Below, piece by piece: positions 37,464 through 51,410 of a stretch of DNA of 64,000 nucleotides; the first letter of the stretch is position 1; every line of letters starts with the position of its first letter. A program made the position numbers and the translations under genes. The notes beneath the pieces were generated by a model that was given only the letters and a program-made list of their open reading frames with translations, searched no databases and was not told where the DNA came from. The stretch is from the NCBI RefSeq assembly GCF_006345805.1, contig NC_043008.1:55242001-55306000 (forward strand), given 5' to 3'. The stretch comes from Octopus sinensis (taxonomy: Eukaryota).

Positions 37464-40400
37464 TATTATTATTATTATTAGGGTAGTAAGCTGGCAGAAT
37501 CACTACTGCACTGGACAAAATGTTTCGTTGCATTTCTTCTAAGCTCAAATACCACAGAGATCAGCTTTGCCTTTCATCCTTTTGAGGTTGATAAAGTAAA
37601 GTACCAGCCAAATTCTTGGGTAAATGGTATTTCTTAACACTCCACCTACACTCAAAATTGGTGGTCTTGTGCCAAATTTTGGAAACGTTGTTGTTGTTAT
37701 TATCAGCATCTGATACTGAAATTTGGTATTTTACTATCAATTTGGTGCCTTCTGAACGTATTCTATTAAAAAAAAAGAAATCTAAATCTAAAATGGTGGA
37801 GTCTTTTTTTCCTTTCTTGGACTGTGAACAATTGTAATGAGTCATATTAAAACTCCTTTATATGTTATATTTTCTTTCATACCACAAACCTATAACAGTT
37901 CACAATGCACAATAGCCATTCGGCTCACCATATTCATCCCAGGCCACCTCCACGTCATTAGAGGCCACTAGACAAAGCCATATGCTAGAACCCCTATGTA
38001 CACAAACACAACTAGATAGGTTAGTATTAGACTTAAGGGGCCCATGGGCAACTACCCTGTGTACCTATGTTTTATGACAGCACTGTATCGACATAACTTT
38101 ATCTCCCAGTCTATAAAATTCCTAGAAAATTCATAAACATTGCATCTTCCTACTCTTGAGCTTAATATGTAAAAATAAAATTTTTTAATAAAAAATTAAA
38201 AAATTGTGCTCATTATATTTGTTTATTAATTAGCTGTCTTCTTAAGGCAGGGAATGAACAGACTTGTTAGCATGCTGGACAAAATGCTTAGCAGCATTGT
38301 TTCCAACTCATAATTTGAGTTCAAATTCCACCAAAGTCAGTGTTGCTTTTCATCCTTTCGGTGTCGATAAAATAAGTACCATTTGAGCTCTGGGGCTGAT
38401 GTAATTGACTTGCTCTCTTCCCTAAATATTTCAAGCCTTTACCTACAGCAGAAAGAATTCATGCATTAGTGAGTTATTGGTCTTACTCTGTTGAGAGAAG
38501 TAGAGGGCACATGGATGGCTATGGTTAAGAAGTTTGTTTCATAACTATGTGATTCCAGGTTTGACCCCACAGTACAGTACTTTGGACAAATATCTTCTAT
38601 TGTTGCACATCTTATCTGCATGTATGTGCAAAGTCATGACTGTATTTAAAAAGTTAGCTTCTGAACCATGAGGTTTCAGGTTCTGTCCTACTGTGCAACA
38701 ACTTGGGCAAGTGTCTTCTATATTCCTGAGCTAACCAATGCTTTGTAACTAAAATTGGTAGACAGAAACTGTATAAAGCTGTGCAATATCCATGTGGACA
38801 TGTGTTGGTCTGTGTGAAAAAATCCCTAAGCTACCTACAAATGGTAATGTTTGTTGGCATTTCCCTGTTAACAAATCATCCACCTGCCCTGCTCTTTCAA
38901 ATATGAGGATATGCACTCATCTAACCCAAGCCAGCATGAAAAACATGTATGTAAAGTAAATTAATCATGTGTATGCATGTACAACTTTCACCAATGTACA
39001 TTGGTTTGAAAAAAGTGAGGAACTGATGCTTTCAGACAAAAGTGCCCTGTGGTATTTGTTGTTGATTTTTCATAGACACTCCCCTTGTCATTCTTGACAG
39101 CATAAATACAGTAAATCATAGATATTGTATTATGAATATGTTACATGAAAGATGCATGGCTTATTTGTTAAGGTGTTGCACTCTGGATCACAAGATTGTG
39201 GTATTAAATTCGCAGATCAGCTGGTGCATCTGTTGTTGAGCAAAACACTTCATTTCACATAGATTCAGTCCCATCGGCTGTAAATGGGTAACCCTGTGAT
39301 AGATTTGATTCTTGTTCAGGGGGAATGTTGTGATCTCAGTCACTTTATATACAACAAAAACCAGATAGCCAGCACTAGGAGTCCTAGAAAACAAGACAAT
39401 GAGGTCCAAGGGTTGAAAATGATGATTACGTTATGTTATTCAGAATGCCAGGTGGATATAGTACCACAGGTATCTGCGTCACAAAAAAATATCATTACAT
39501 CTCTAAGTCAAGCACTAAATTAAGCATTACTTTTGTTTTATCAGCCCTGGAAAGGTTTGGAGTGCCTAGTCTTTCTGGGAGTATTTAACTATGCAATATC
39601 CATGAACAAATTAATTAGATTAAAACTTAAAAAGTCTGAAAGGAAGAATAGACATTTATAAATCTGTGTAGTTCAGGTAAATGATAGTCTGACATGTGTA
39701 ATGTAATTAGCACTTCTATAACTACTCCTAGTATAGTTACAAATTCCATGCAATCTTTTATGGTAACATGTTGCAGTTAACCTTCTATGAATTTCAGTGA
39801 TCACATTATCAATCCAAAAAGAGAAAAAAAAACAAGAGCCTTCAACGACAATCACAGCTGTTGTCTATCATTAGTGCAAACGAACAAAATTAATTTTCAT
39901 GTGGTGTTAAAAAATATTTCATTTAATTTGGTGCTCTATCAATCCTTGTATTAAAATATATAAAAATTTGAAATCTTGGTTTTTCTTTCTTTCCCAGAAT
40001 TCAACTGGTTTACTTGAATTTTTCCTTCTTTATTTTTCCTACTTAACACTGTATGTAATTTCCAAAAGAAACAATGTTTTGGAACGTGTGATATTTAAAA
40101 TAATAATAAATATATGAACCAATGAAAGTGCTTCTCTGTAATTCTTTGGTCCACTCAGTGTAGTAAGCAAATCTATCCTTTATCTATCAATTAATCAGTC
40201 AATCTGTCTATCTACCTATCATTAAAAAAAGTGCCTTCTTTTCTTTAAAATGGGGACTAAATATCTTACATTCAGAATGGAAGAACAATGTTCCCTTGTA
40301 GGCGTATTTTCTGTTTATAGTAATATAACCTAGAAGGTAGGATAAACTCACGAAAAAGTAAGTCCATCATTCAGTTTTCATTGTATTCTGGTTATTTTTA

Positions 40401-40988
40401 TTCCATTTCTGTTACTAATACCCGTTGTGGAAAATCATGAAAGCCACAGGTCACATTTTTAATTTTCTATTTTATAGATTTAATATCCCTTTGAAGGATA
40501 TTGATATATCTCTAATTACAAAATGTTTTGAGCAGTTCCGGGTCTTTTTTGTTTGTTTTTGTTGTTTGTTATGTTTGTTTTTAATTTTTTTAAATCACTC
40601 TTGCATGAGATGAAAATACCAAATGTTGCATGAGATAATGATATTGATTGGTTGCTCGTTATGTACTTAAGTTTCTAAGCTTCTTATTACTTCACTTAAA
40701 TGTCCTCATCCAGCAACTTTACAGAATCTATGAGAACGAAATGAAGTCACAGCAACACAAACAGAAAAATTACAAAACACTGAACTAACAAACGAAAAGA
40801 ATATTGTGATCTCACATCGTCAGTTTGAACTAACAGAACTCCTAATATTGCTACTTTTACAACTACTACTGCATAATACTCTAACCATTGTTCCCCATGC
40901 ATGAGAGATGCCATTAACACAGCTCACTATGCAAATATCTTTGTTCTAAGGTTCTACAATTCTCTATACATTTTTGTGTGTGAATGAT

Positions 40989-41029
<41 letters not shown>

Positions 41030-41035
<6 letters not shown>

Positions 41036-41249
41036 GAAATGAGGTACTCAGAAATCTGTATGGTTTTATATTTACAGATATTTATTAGTATGTCACTTGT
41101 TTTTATACATCATATATCAATTTGAAAACTCCACTAGAGTGGACGAAAGCGCTAATATATGATATATGATTTATAAAAACATGTAACATACGAATAAATA
41201 TCTGTAGATATAAAACCATCCAGATTTCTGAGTACCTCATTTCTTCTAA
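41030..41249. mobile_element. Foldback insert (89-bp arms) in (TA)n with a hammerhead-like apex
   Basis: 41030-41118 versus 41161-41249, ~6 mismatches; (TA)n on both sides. Confidence 0.85.
41111..41161 (+). ncRNA. Degenerate minimal type-I hammerhead ribozyme motif
   Basis: CATATAT / C[AATT]TGAAAA / C-TCCAC-TAGA-GTGGA-C / GAAA-GCGC-TA / ATATATG. Confidence 0.55.
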
Positions 41250-42439
41250 TATATATATATATATATATGCACAGATGTGGTTGTGTGGTTAAGAAAGGTT
41301 AACAAACTCTTTCCTTGTGTTTCTCAGTATTGCACCTGAAGCATCATTTCTTATTGCATACCAGCAAATAGGTTAATATTTGTCAAAATAAACATTTTGT
41401 GTTTACTTCAGGAGTCAATTTTGAGGTTAATTTTATGGTTTTTGTTTTGTTTTGTTTTGTTTTTTTTTTTTTTGTCCTGCAATGTTAATATTTCATTGGG
41501 GACTCACCCCCTTGAAGATTTTGCCTTTGTAGCGAAGAACAAACTGAAATGGCTTTATCTGATGTCTTTTCTGTAGCAGCATATGAGAATTTAAGTCCAA
41601 CAGAAAAATACCGATCAAAACACTTATTATTGATTCAATATTTACATTGAGGGCATGACAGGGAACTGTCTGAATCACTTTGTGGTAATCTGACACAGTT
41701 TGATGACTGCATGCTTTCACAGTTAACTGTCTTTGTCCAATGCACAGCTAGGAAGAATGGCTGTGTGGTTAAGAGGTTTAGCTTCCCAACCATGAGGTCT
41801 TGGATTCAATCTCACAGCAAGCCAGTCATATTGTTATCTATATATATATATATATATAATTTATATCCTATGTAGGAAATATATATAAATATTTATTTCA
41901 AACTAATAATTTATGCTTCAGTTTATCTTGATTTCCCACTACCATAACTAGTAACTGCTAAGTACAATGGTCAGCTAAGCACTACACTGGAAGCTGAATG
42001 GATAATGATAGTCTACATGGAGCTCTAACTCATACAGTAGTAGTCATACTTCTAACTGTACACACAAGATACATATGCCACAAAATGTCCCAAAAGTAGA
42101 AACCATTAATTCATGTCCTAGCCAAATGAGATTATCCATGAAGTCAATCAAGCAATGTCAATATATTTAATCACCATAAACCATGAACCCAAAACTTGTT
42201 CAACTTTACAAGAATGAAGGACAACGCAGAATAATGAGAACCCCAAAGTTTAAAAGACTCACAAACAAGCATATCAAACATACATTCCAATCATCAGTTG
42301 CCTAACACATATCACTATAGTTTTGACACTTGAGGAGTACCATTGAATTTGGTAATGTCGACAGTGTTAAAGACTTACCATCATCTGGAAATCAATAGCC
42401 AAGCAACAGGAATGAACCATTAGTGTAGTTGTTTTTATC

Positions 42440-42474
<35 letters not shown>

Positions 42475-43559
42475 AACTGAAGCTGAGAATTTGTCTGATG
42501 ACTGGAATTTCATGTCATTGCAATCTTCACGCCTGAAGATCCACATTCTGTATAACACAGAGGAAAACTAGCTTTCTCTGCAATTTGTATTGAGCACTCC
42601 ATGTTTATTTATTTGTCTGACATTAAGCAATGTTGCTTTACTTGGAAACAGGTATGGCTTGGCAACAGGAAGGTCATACAGTCATAGAAAATTTACCTCA
42701 ATAAGCTCTGCATAAGCATGGGAAAGTGAATATTAAAATGATATACATACAGCATTTGAATTTTTAGAGATTTCTTTAGCAAACAGTTTCAAAGATAAAT
42801 GACGGCAAATAATTTTTCACCCGTGCTTTCACACCTAATCAGCTTAAGATCATATTCTACTGCCCTCAAAAAAGTAGGACATGTTTATAATATAGTCCTA
42901 GATATACTTATGTCTAGAAAAATGAAAGACACATTGGAAACATTGTGTATTCAGCTGGGATTAAACAATTATAAGTCAGTTGCCTCCCAGGAGCTATTTG
43001 TCCTACATAAAGTGGATTTGCACAAGCGCAACAGCAACTTGGACAATAGTGTTTGCATTATTAGATCCTTGTCAATACAGCAGACATAATTTATAAATCA
43101 ATAAAATTAGAAACATATAATGAAAAAAAGATTATAAATTTTTTTCAATTCATTCTGGAAATTTATGTTTTGCAATAAGAAAAGAATATGTGGCATCCGG
43201 TTTACAGATTGAGAAGCTTATACATACATCTTACATATATTCTCATTTCTGCTCTTCTCTCTCTCTCTCTCTCCCCCTCTCTCAGGCTCTCTTAGTAAAG
43301 TATGTGAATGTGATATTTTGTAAAAGAAACTAATTAGTAAATTACCAGCCAGCTAGCTTATTAACTACAAAGGTTCGTATTTGGTTGGCTGCAGGAAGGA
43401 TCCATCAATATACTTTCCGAAGGTGTTTTCTTTATTTAAGCAACTAAGTACAGGTGTGAGTTTAATGCTGTAACGCACTGATTGCTACTACCATTATCTA
43501 TAATGAATTTAACGAGATAATGAGGAAACTTTAGCATACAGTACTTGCTTGACCCACTT

Positions 43560-43875
43560 AATATGGCAAAGTAGATCTCATGTCCCAGACAACAGATTAA
43601 TCCAAGCTTCATTCACTTTTCCTGCACACCACAACATCCATCACCTCTCTCTACCTCTTCTGCCACAACTAAAATGGTCTGTACTCCTCAAAATAATTGC
43701 ACACAACCACCTCCAAAATCCATCAATTCTACTCATCTCCTCTCTTGTCTTTTCACAAGTCCTGCATTAACTACTTTTCCCAATCCATCCACCCCAGAAC
43801 ATCAGCCCTCTGGAATCCCACATTTTTTCCTATTGGCAATGACTGGCAGATATTTAAGCTAAACATAAGCTATGC
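43560..43875 (+). mobile_element. CR1/L2-group LINE ORF2 3' fragment
   Basis: KSCINYFSQSIHPRTSALWNPTFFP...QIFKLNI resembles the 'SFxPRTxxLWNxLP...FK' C-terminus. Confidence 0.6.
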
Positions 43876-44648
43876 TGTTCTTACCAGCCCCATGGAGTCA
43901 ACAAATATCATGGGTTCTGCTGTTCCTCCTTTTTTGAAGAGAAAGATCAGCAGGAAAAAAAAATACAGCTAGATCCTGCCATTTACAAACTCTCATATTT
44001 CAAACAAAAACTACTTGCTTTCTTTTGATAAAACCTACATTCTTTAGGAAAAGTGTCTAAGGATTACAACCAGGACTACACACGTTTTAATGAGAGCTAG
44101 TGTTCAGAGTGTTGGGTTCCATTCAAACACATCTACATACAGATATATATATATATATATACCAAAGAGAGAGACTTGGAGATGCCACTATGAAAGGTTG
44201 CTAAATGAAGAGAATGAATAGGAGAAAGTGAGTCTGCCAAATGTCAACCCAACAAAAGGACCAGCTATCCGAATTGACAGTACCTTGGTAGAAATTAAAC
44301 TTAAAGGATGTAAAACTCTGCTGTCTCACTTTGACCCTTTAGTATTATATTCAGCCTAAACATTCTACCTGTTTTACGTTAAAACTGACAAGATCCAACC
44401 TCTCACACATATCCTACATTGCCATTCTAAAAATATACAAACGCACCATTAATATCTTGGAACTACATGATTAATTCAAGACAATGTGAATAAATAAGCA
44501 ATTCATTTGACAAAGAAATCTGAATGCTAAATGGTTAATTTCTCTCCTGTCAACTTTTCCTTGAAATAGAGCTCTTTGAAACATTAGATTTATCACCCGC
44601 AATGTTTCTGTTACAGTGAATGATTGTTTCCTTTTAATCTTATTTTTT

Positions 44649-45047
44649 TCTTTAGCTGCCTCAACCATCTCCAGACATTTTAGAATCTATGAGTGATGAC
44701 CATATTGTATGCCTTCTTATAGTCAATCCATTATAGTCAGACCATTGATAAGCTTGTCAACCTTCTCCAATAGTTCCTCAAAATTGCCTGATTCTTTGTT
44801 CTTCGTGATCCCTTCCTGCAGTCTCCCTGTTTATTTGCTAGCAGTTCATTTCTTTCAAGGTGATCATACAATTTTCCCCTATAATTCCAGTTAAAAGCTT
44901 CCACATCATAGGTAAACAAACAATCAGACAATAGTTACTGGTCACAACACCCTTGGCTAGATCCTTCTGGATCAACACTGATCTTCCTTTGATCATCTAT
45001 TCTAGTACAATTCCTTGGTATACACAGCCTTGTGGGAGCTTTTATAG
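44649..45047 (-). mobile_element. R4/Dong-type reverse transcriptase fragment, near-identical to 51773-52162
   Basis: Broken minus frames MIKGRSVLIQKD, LPMMWKLLTGI, LYDHLERNELL, CRKGSRRTK, IDYKKAYNM. Confidence 0.85.
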
Positions 45048-45099
45048 TTTTTTTTTTTCTTTCTTGTGGTTTGGTTAGGGGGTGGCTATGTTTTTTCTT

Positions 45100-45412
45100 C
45101 TACGCTGGTGACATGTAAAAAGCACCGTCTGAATATGGCTGATGCCAGCGCCGATGACTGGCGTCCGTGTCGGTGACACCTAAAAGCACCAACCGATTGT
45201 GGCCGTTTGTCAGCCTCCTCTGGCTCCTGTGCTGGTGGCACGTAAAAAGCACCCACTACACTCACGGAGTGGTTGGCATTAGGAAGGGCAACCAAATGTA
45301 GAAACTCTGCCAGATCAGATTGAAGCCTGGTGCAGCCATCTGTTTCGCCAGTCCTCAGTCAAATTGTCCAACCCATGCTAGCATGGAAAACAGACGTTAA
45401 ATGATGATGATA
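45100..45412 (+). mobile_element. SINE-like family D
   Basis: Ends catggaaaacagacgttaaatgatgatgat. Confidence 0.8.
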
Positions 45413-46265
45413 TTATTGATATCATTAAAAGCATTTCTCCCTCATTTGTATGATTTCAATTTTGCATGGTGACTTGTGGAGTCAATCTGCCATGTAAACT
45501 GAAAAGAAAATTTAGTGTGGCTGCATGCTTATACATTTATATAAGTGTGTGTATGTTCTTGAGAGTGTGTGTTCTTGAGTGTGTATGTAATATATTTATG
45601 TATTAAGGCTTCCATCAGTCAGGTATAACCATATAACTGTATCGGGTGCAGGTCTGATATATAATCATGACATTATAAAAAAAGGAAGGAGAATTATATA
45701 AGCATCTTCAAAATATGTTTATTACAGTATCATTCTCATTAAATTCACATGTTCATCCAGGGTAGACATATCTATTGCAGCTTCGTTCAAGAAATTACTC
45801 CTGTTGCAACTGAACCAACTAAGTGCACATAAATGCTACATCAAAAGACGTTAGGAAACTTATGCAGCAGAAATACGTGTCAGATTGGAATTTAATGGGA
45901 ATAACACTGTAATAAACAAATTTTGAAGTTGTATAATTCTCCATCCTTCTTTATGATGTTTTCATTATATACTCAGTATCAGTGGTGGACTGGGTCTGAA
46001 AATATTGGTTGCCAGGAGACTAAGGGGGCCAACCTCCAACTACAATGCTATCATTTAATTAAAAAAATTTTTTTTTTTTTTGTTAAAAGTATTCTTTTCA
46101 ACTGTCTACAAACACAGTCAGGCTGAAATAATTAATGCATTCTTCTAGGAGTGAATAAAAAATTCTCAAACTTGAGATGATGGGCCTCCATATATGGATT
46201 CTAATTGCGCAGGGGTCCACTTGCCATTGGGCAAGCTGGTAACCTGGCCAGTCTGCCACTGCTCA

Positions 46266-46576
46266 GTGTTTGTTTTGTTTGTTCCTTCTCGAGCCACGCC
46301 TGGCTCATAAGGGCCGGTTTCCCAGTTTCCTTGGCGTATAGGTTCCCCACCTGGACGGGACGCCGGTCCGTGACAGGTGAGCTGCAAGATGCAGGAGGAA
46401 AGAGTGAGAGAAAGTTGTGGCGAAAGAGTCAGCAGAAGTTCGCCATTACCTTCTGCCGGAACCACATGGAGCTTAGGTGTTTCGCTCATAAACACACACA
46501 TCGCCTGGTCTGAGATTCGAACACGTGTCCCCTGACCGCGAGTCTGCTGCTCTAACCACTAGGCCATGTACCTCCA
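46266..46576 (-). mobile_element. tRNA-derived SINE family C-related, well preserved
   Basis: Minus head tggaggtacatggcctagtggttagagc...gttcgaatctc; tail ccggcccttatgagccaggcgtggctcgagaagg(aac)n-like. Confidence 0.85.
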
Positions 46577-48456
46577 CATTGCTCAGTATTATACTGTATG
46601 AAATCCAGTGAAACAAACTCAGGATTTACCTATTGAGTGAAGTAGCACGTAATTGTTTATCTTAAACAATTCTGTATGTTCCCTATCATTCAATGTAGTT
46701 AGCTAGATCTGGATTATATCAGGGTGCTAATCATGTACCTGCTCGGATTCTAAATCCCTATTTCTTTACGTTTGTGTGTGTGTGTGCTTGATAAGTATCC
46801 TAGTATCCTTTAGTGTAGCAGTTATGTGGACTAATTGATTTAAATTTCAATCAGTGAAGTAGTTTAGTTATTTATTGTAAATGATTCTGTATGTTCCCTC
46901 TCATTTGCTATGGTTAGGCAGATCTGGATTATATTAAAATGTTAATAAGTTCTGTGCCTGGATTTCCGATCCCTATCCTTTATGTTATATTAGAGTTGGT
47001 TCATTGAACAAAAATATCTTGTGGTGTTTGATCATATTCTGGTTAGTCCTTTTTCCCCAACCAGCTCAATTAATAACAATCAAAGTACTGGAAAGATTTT
47101 TGAAAAATTTTTTAACCATTTAGTTGTAGAGCTAAGAACAATACCCGGGGGAAGAAATCACCTCCAAACACTAGACATCTTGTCCAAATAGTTGCAATGA
47201 GGTGAAGTATGCTAAGGCTACATAAAGATCAAGCAGTGATGTTAAGCTAGTTGATGGTATAGGTTTACCGTCTTGGTAATAAACTAACCACCCTTATAGT
47301 AGGTACCACAGTTAGTTATTGAAACCAGTGAAGAAATAGTGGAGTGTAAATTTTGCTGCTTAAGCTTTTTGATATTAATTTTCAACTGTTTTATGTTTTT
47401 GCTTGGTGTTTTTGTTTTGTTTTTTGTTGGTTTTTTTTTCTTTCTAGAGTTATCAGGGTACCATGGCAACAAATTGGTAGGGTCTCAGGATATGCAATAG
47501 AATGTCTACAGGATGGGATATTCTAATTCTTCTCTGTGCTCTGATATCAAATCCTGCTGAAGTCAACTTAACCTTGCTTCCCTCCAGGTTCAGTAAAATA
47601 AAATAACAGTCAGGTACTGGAGGCGATAATATTGACTGACTCCTCTTTAAAAAAAAGCTGCTAGCCTTATGTCTAAATAAGAAACCATTATCTTCTAAAT
47701 TCAAATTCCACTAAGGTTGACTTTCATTCTTTTGGGATCAATAAAATTAAGTGCCAGTTAAGCACTGGAGGCAATGTTATTGACTAACTCCCTTTCTCTT
47801 GTGCTTATAGTAAAAATAATAATAATAATCATTATTATTATTATTATTATTATTTGATTTCACTTAGTTTTGGTCTTATTCCTGGTAGGATTTATATAGG
47901 TAGCAGGTTACTACCTGTAACCTTAGGTATCCTCAAGTTTTTAGTCTTCCAAGTCATTCAAGTCATTTTTCCTTGTCCCTTCACAGATTTTAACTTTATC
48001 AAATGTTTCTGGCATTTCCTACAAGAATTGACCATACATTTTTTCTTTCCTTTCCATCTATTTAAGGTGCCATTCTGTTATTATTGAGTTCAAATGTTGC
48101 AAAGGTTGACTTCGCCTTTCATCCTTTCAGGGTCAATAAAGTAGAACCTTGGGGTCAATCTAATCAATAAGCACACACACACACACACACAATGCAAGCC
48201 TTGTGCCTCTAGCTGGAAGGATTATTATTATTATTATTAATAATAATAATAATAAGGTGAGCTGGCAGAATCGTTAGCATGCCAAGCAAAATGCTTAACA
48301 ACATTTTTATCAACCCTTTCATTCTGAGTTCAAATTCTACCAAGGCTGACTTTGCCTTTCATCCTTTTGGGGTCGATATATTAATTACTAGAGAAACACT
48401 GGAGTTGACTAATCCCCTCCTCTAAAATTTTGGGCCTTGTGCCTTTAGTAGAAAGG

Positions 48457-48488
<32 letters not shown>

Positions 48489-48574
48489 GGTGTTGGATTG
48501 ACAGAATCTAAAGTATTAGAGAAAACACTTCTGGCTCTTTCCATTCTAAATTGAAATCCTGCCAATTTCAGGTT

Positions 48575-48950
48575 AATGATGTGGCTGTGTGGTAAGAAAC
48601 TTGCTTCCCAAGCATATGGTTCCATGTTCAGTCCCACTGCATGGCATCTTGAGCAAGTGTATTCTCAGGCTGACCAAAGCTTTGCGAGTGGATTAGGTAG
48701 ATGGAAACTGAAAGAAGCCCATCATGTATATGTGTGTGTCTTTGTATCTTTTTGTTCCCCCACCCACCACTTGACAACTGGTGTTGGTTTGTTTATGTCC
48801 CCATAACTTAGCAGTTTGGCAAAAGAGAACGATAGAATAAGTACCAAGCTTTAAAAAACAAATACTAGGGTTGATTCATTTGACTGAAATTCTTCAAGTC
48901 TGTGCCCCAGCATGGCCACAGTCTAATGGCTGAAACAAAGCTAAAAGACA
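48575..48950 (+). mobile_element. SINE family A
   Basis: Family A head, body and tail motifs. Confidence 0.85.
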
Positions 48951-48993
48951 GCTACTTTTCAGAATCATTAGAAGGTATATTCATTTGCTGTGA

Positions 48994-49215
48994 GGGTGGC
49001 GAATGGCAGAAACGTTAGCATGCCGAGTGAAATACTTAGCGGTATTTCGTCTGCCGCTATGTTCTGAGTTCAAATTCCACCGAGGTCGACTTTGCCTTTC
49101 ATCCTTTCAGGGTTGATTAAATAAGTACCAGTTACGCACTGGTGTCAATATAATCGACTTAATCCATTTGTCTGTCCTTGTTTGTTCTGTGTTTAGCCCC
49201 TTGTGGGTAGTAAAG
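48994..49215 (+). mobile_element. SINE family B (long form)
   Basis: Imperfect TSD aggtat..atttgctgt on both sides. Confidence 0.88.
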
Positions 49216-49559
49216 AAATAGGTATTTTATTTGCTGTATTTATTCCAGTTCTTTGTATTTTAGATTCAAATCTTGACAGGTCAGTTACATTGTTTATTCT
49301 TCTGTTGTCAATAAAATAAAGTCACAGTCAAGTACCAGGGGTGACATGTAACAAATTAACCATTTCCCCTCAAAATTGTTGGTCTTGTCCTGAAATTAGA
49401 AACAATTATTATTAGAATGCTAAATTACTGAACCAAATAGTTGTATCTAATTACATACCTTTACATTCTGAGTTCAAATATTGGAGATGGTTTTATCAAC
49501 TGTTCCCCTTCCCAGGGTTTGTGGCTTGGTACCTTTGACAAAAATGAAAGGAACTATGA

Positions 49560-49592
<33 letters not shown>

Positions 49593-51410
49593 GGTTGGTA
49601 GAGTGTCAGACAAAATGCCTTGTGGTATTTTAATCATGCCACTTTATGTTACAACTTCAAATCCTGCCAAGGCCAACTTAGACTTTTGTCCTTTCAAGGT
49701 CAACAAAATACATACCAGTCATGTACTGGGGTTGATCCAATGGACTATACACTTATTTCTCTCCCCTCTCTTCAAAAAGTGTTTGTAGCCCTGCACCATG
49801 CAAGAAATCATCATTGTCATCATCATTATTATTATTACTATTACTATTATTATTACTATTATTATTGTAAAGGTGGCAACCTGGCAGAACTGTTAGCACG
49901 CCAGACGAAATGCTTAGCGGTATTTCACCCGTCGCTACATTCTGAGTTCAAATTCCACCGAGGTCAACTTTGCCTTTCATCCTTTCGGGGTCGATAAAAT
50001 AAGTACCAGTTTAGCACTGGGGTCGATGTAATCGACTTGCCCTACCCTTTAAAAACTGCTGGCCCTGTGCCAAAATTTGAAGCCATTATTATCATCATTA
50101 TTATTATTATTATTATTATTATTCTTTATTTTCTAGTGAGAACCAGCATAGAGTAGAGAGGGTATTTGCTGAAACCGTTGCCCAATTTTGATTCCCGGTT
50201 GGAACTATTTCACTTCATTTACATCACTAATGACCTTGAAAGGCATGAATATCACTACTTCCCATATTTCCCCATCACCCACTAAAATCTCTCAGCCTTT
50301 GTAACAAACTCTTATTCTGTTATTTTTTATCATCTTTTAAAAACAAATAAACAAAAATTAACCATTTTCTCCTTTTTTTTTTTTACATTAAAAACTTTGT
50401 TTCCTGCTTTTTTTTCTTTTTTTCTTCAAGTTTCTCTTTTCTTATAAATAAATAAAAAAAAAAAGCTTTTACTTAAATAAATAAATAAAAATAAACCTTT
50501 TGGGACAACTAAAATTGGTTATTGTCGTTGTTGATGTTGTTGTTGTTGCTAACATGCTTTATTTATTGACTGACATATCAGAAAATATATATTTTAACTT
50601 TTACTAGATATAAATTTTTTTAAATTAACACCTTGCTGGCAACTGATTTTCATCAATTATTATTATTATTATTATTAACTTTCTGATGGTGGCAAGCTGG
50701 CAGAGTTGTTAACATGCTAAAGAAAATGCTTATTGACTTTTAATATCTTTACATTCTGAGTTCAAATTCTGTCTAAGTTAACTTTGCCTTTCGTCCTTCC
50801 CGAGTTAGCGAAACAAATACCGGTCAAGTACTGGCATTGATGTCATTGACTCACCCATTCCCACTTAAAATTTCAGGTCTTGTGCCTATATTATATAAGG
50901 CACAAGTCCTGAAAGGTTATTTGTTCTACATTCAAATCCCTAACAAGGTCAACTTTTCTGCTCATCTTTCTGGGGTTGATGAAATAAAGAACCAGTCATA
51001 TAGTAGGATTGATATAATTGTCTAGACCCTTCCCCAAATTTTCGGTCTTGTGCCAATGTTAAAATATCAAGAGCTATTGATTGGTGGACTCAGTAAAGCA
51101 TTTAACAAAAGGTTTTGTGATATTCGTTCCAGCTCTTTACAATAGCAGTTCAAATCCTGCCAAAGATGTCTATGCTTCTCATTCTACTGGGACTAATAAG
51201 TACTGGACTGATTTCATCTATCTAACCCATTCTTCAAAATATGTTAAAAATAGTAGTAATAACAATAAAAATAATAATAATAATAATAGTTCATATTCTT
51301 TTTTATTTCCCTTATCTATGTCTTGTCAAGTACTGGTTTCATCTATCTAACCTATTCTTCAAAATATGTTAAAAATAGTAATAGTAGTAGTAATAATAAT
51401 AATAATAATA

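Noticed and set aside
46500-46576. tRNA-like sequences here and in other SINE heads
   Set aside because: A and B boxes are present but there is no complete cloverleaf and each continues into a SINE body.
46630-46990. Diverged ~140-bp direct repeat with ~213-bp period
   Set aside because: Old local duplication with no coding or structural signal that I can support.
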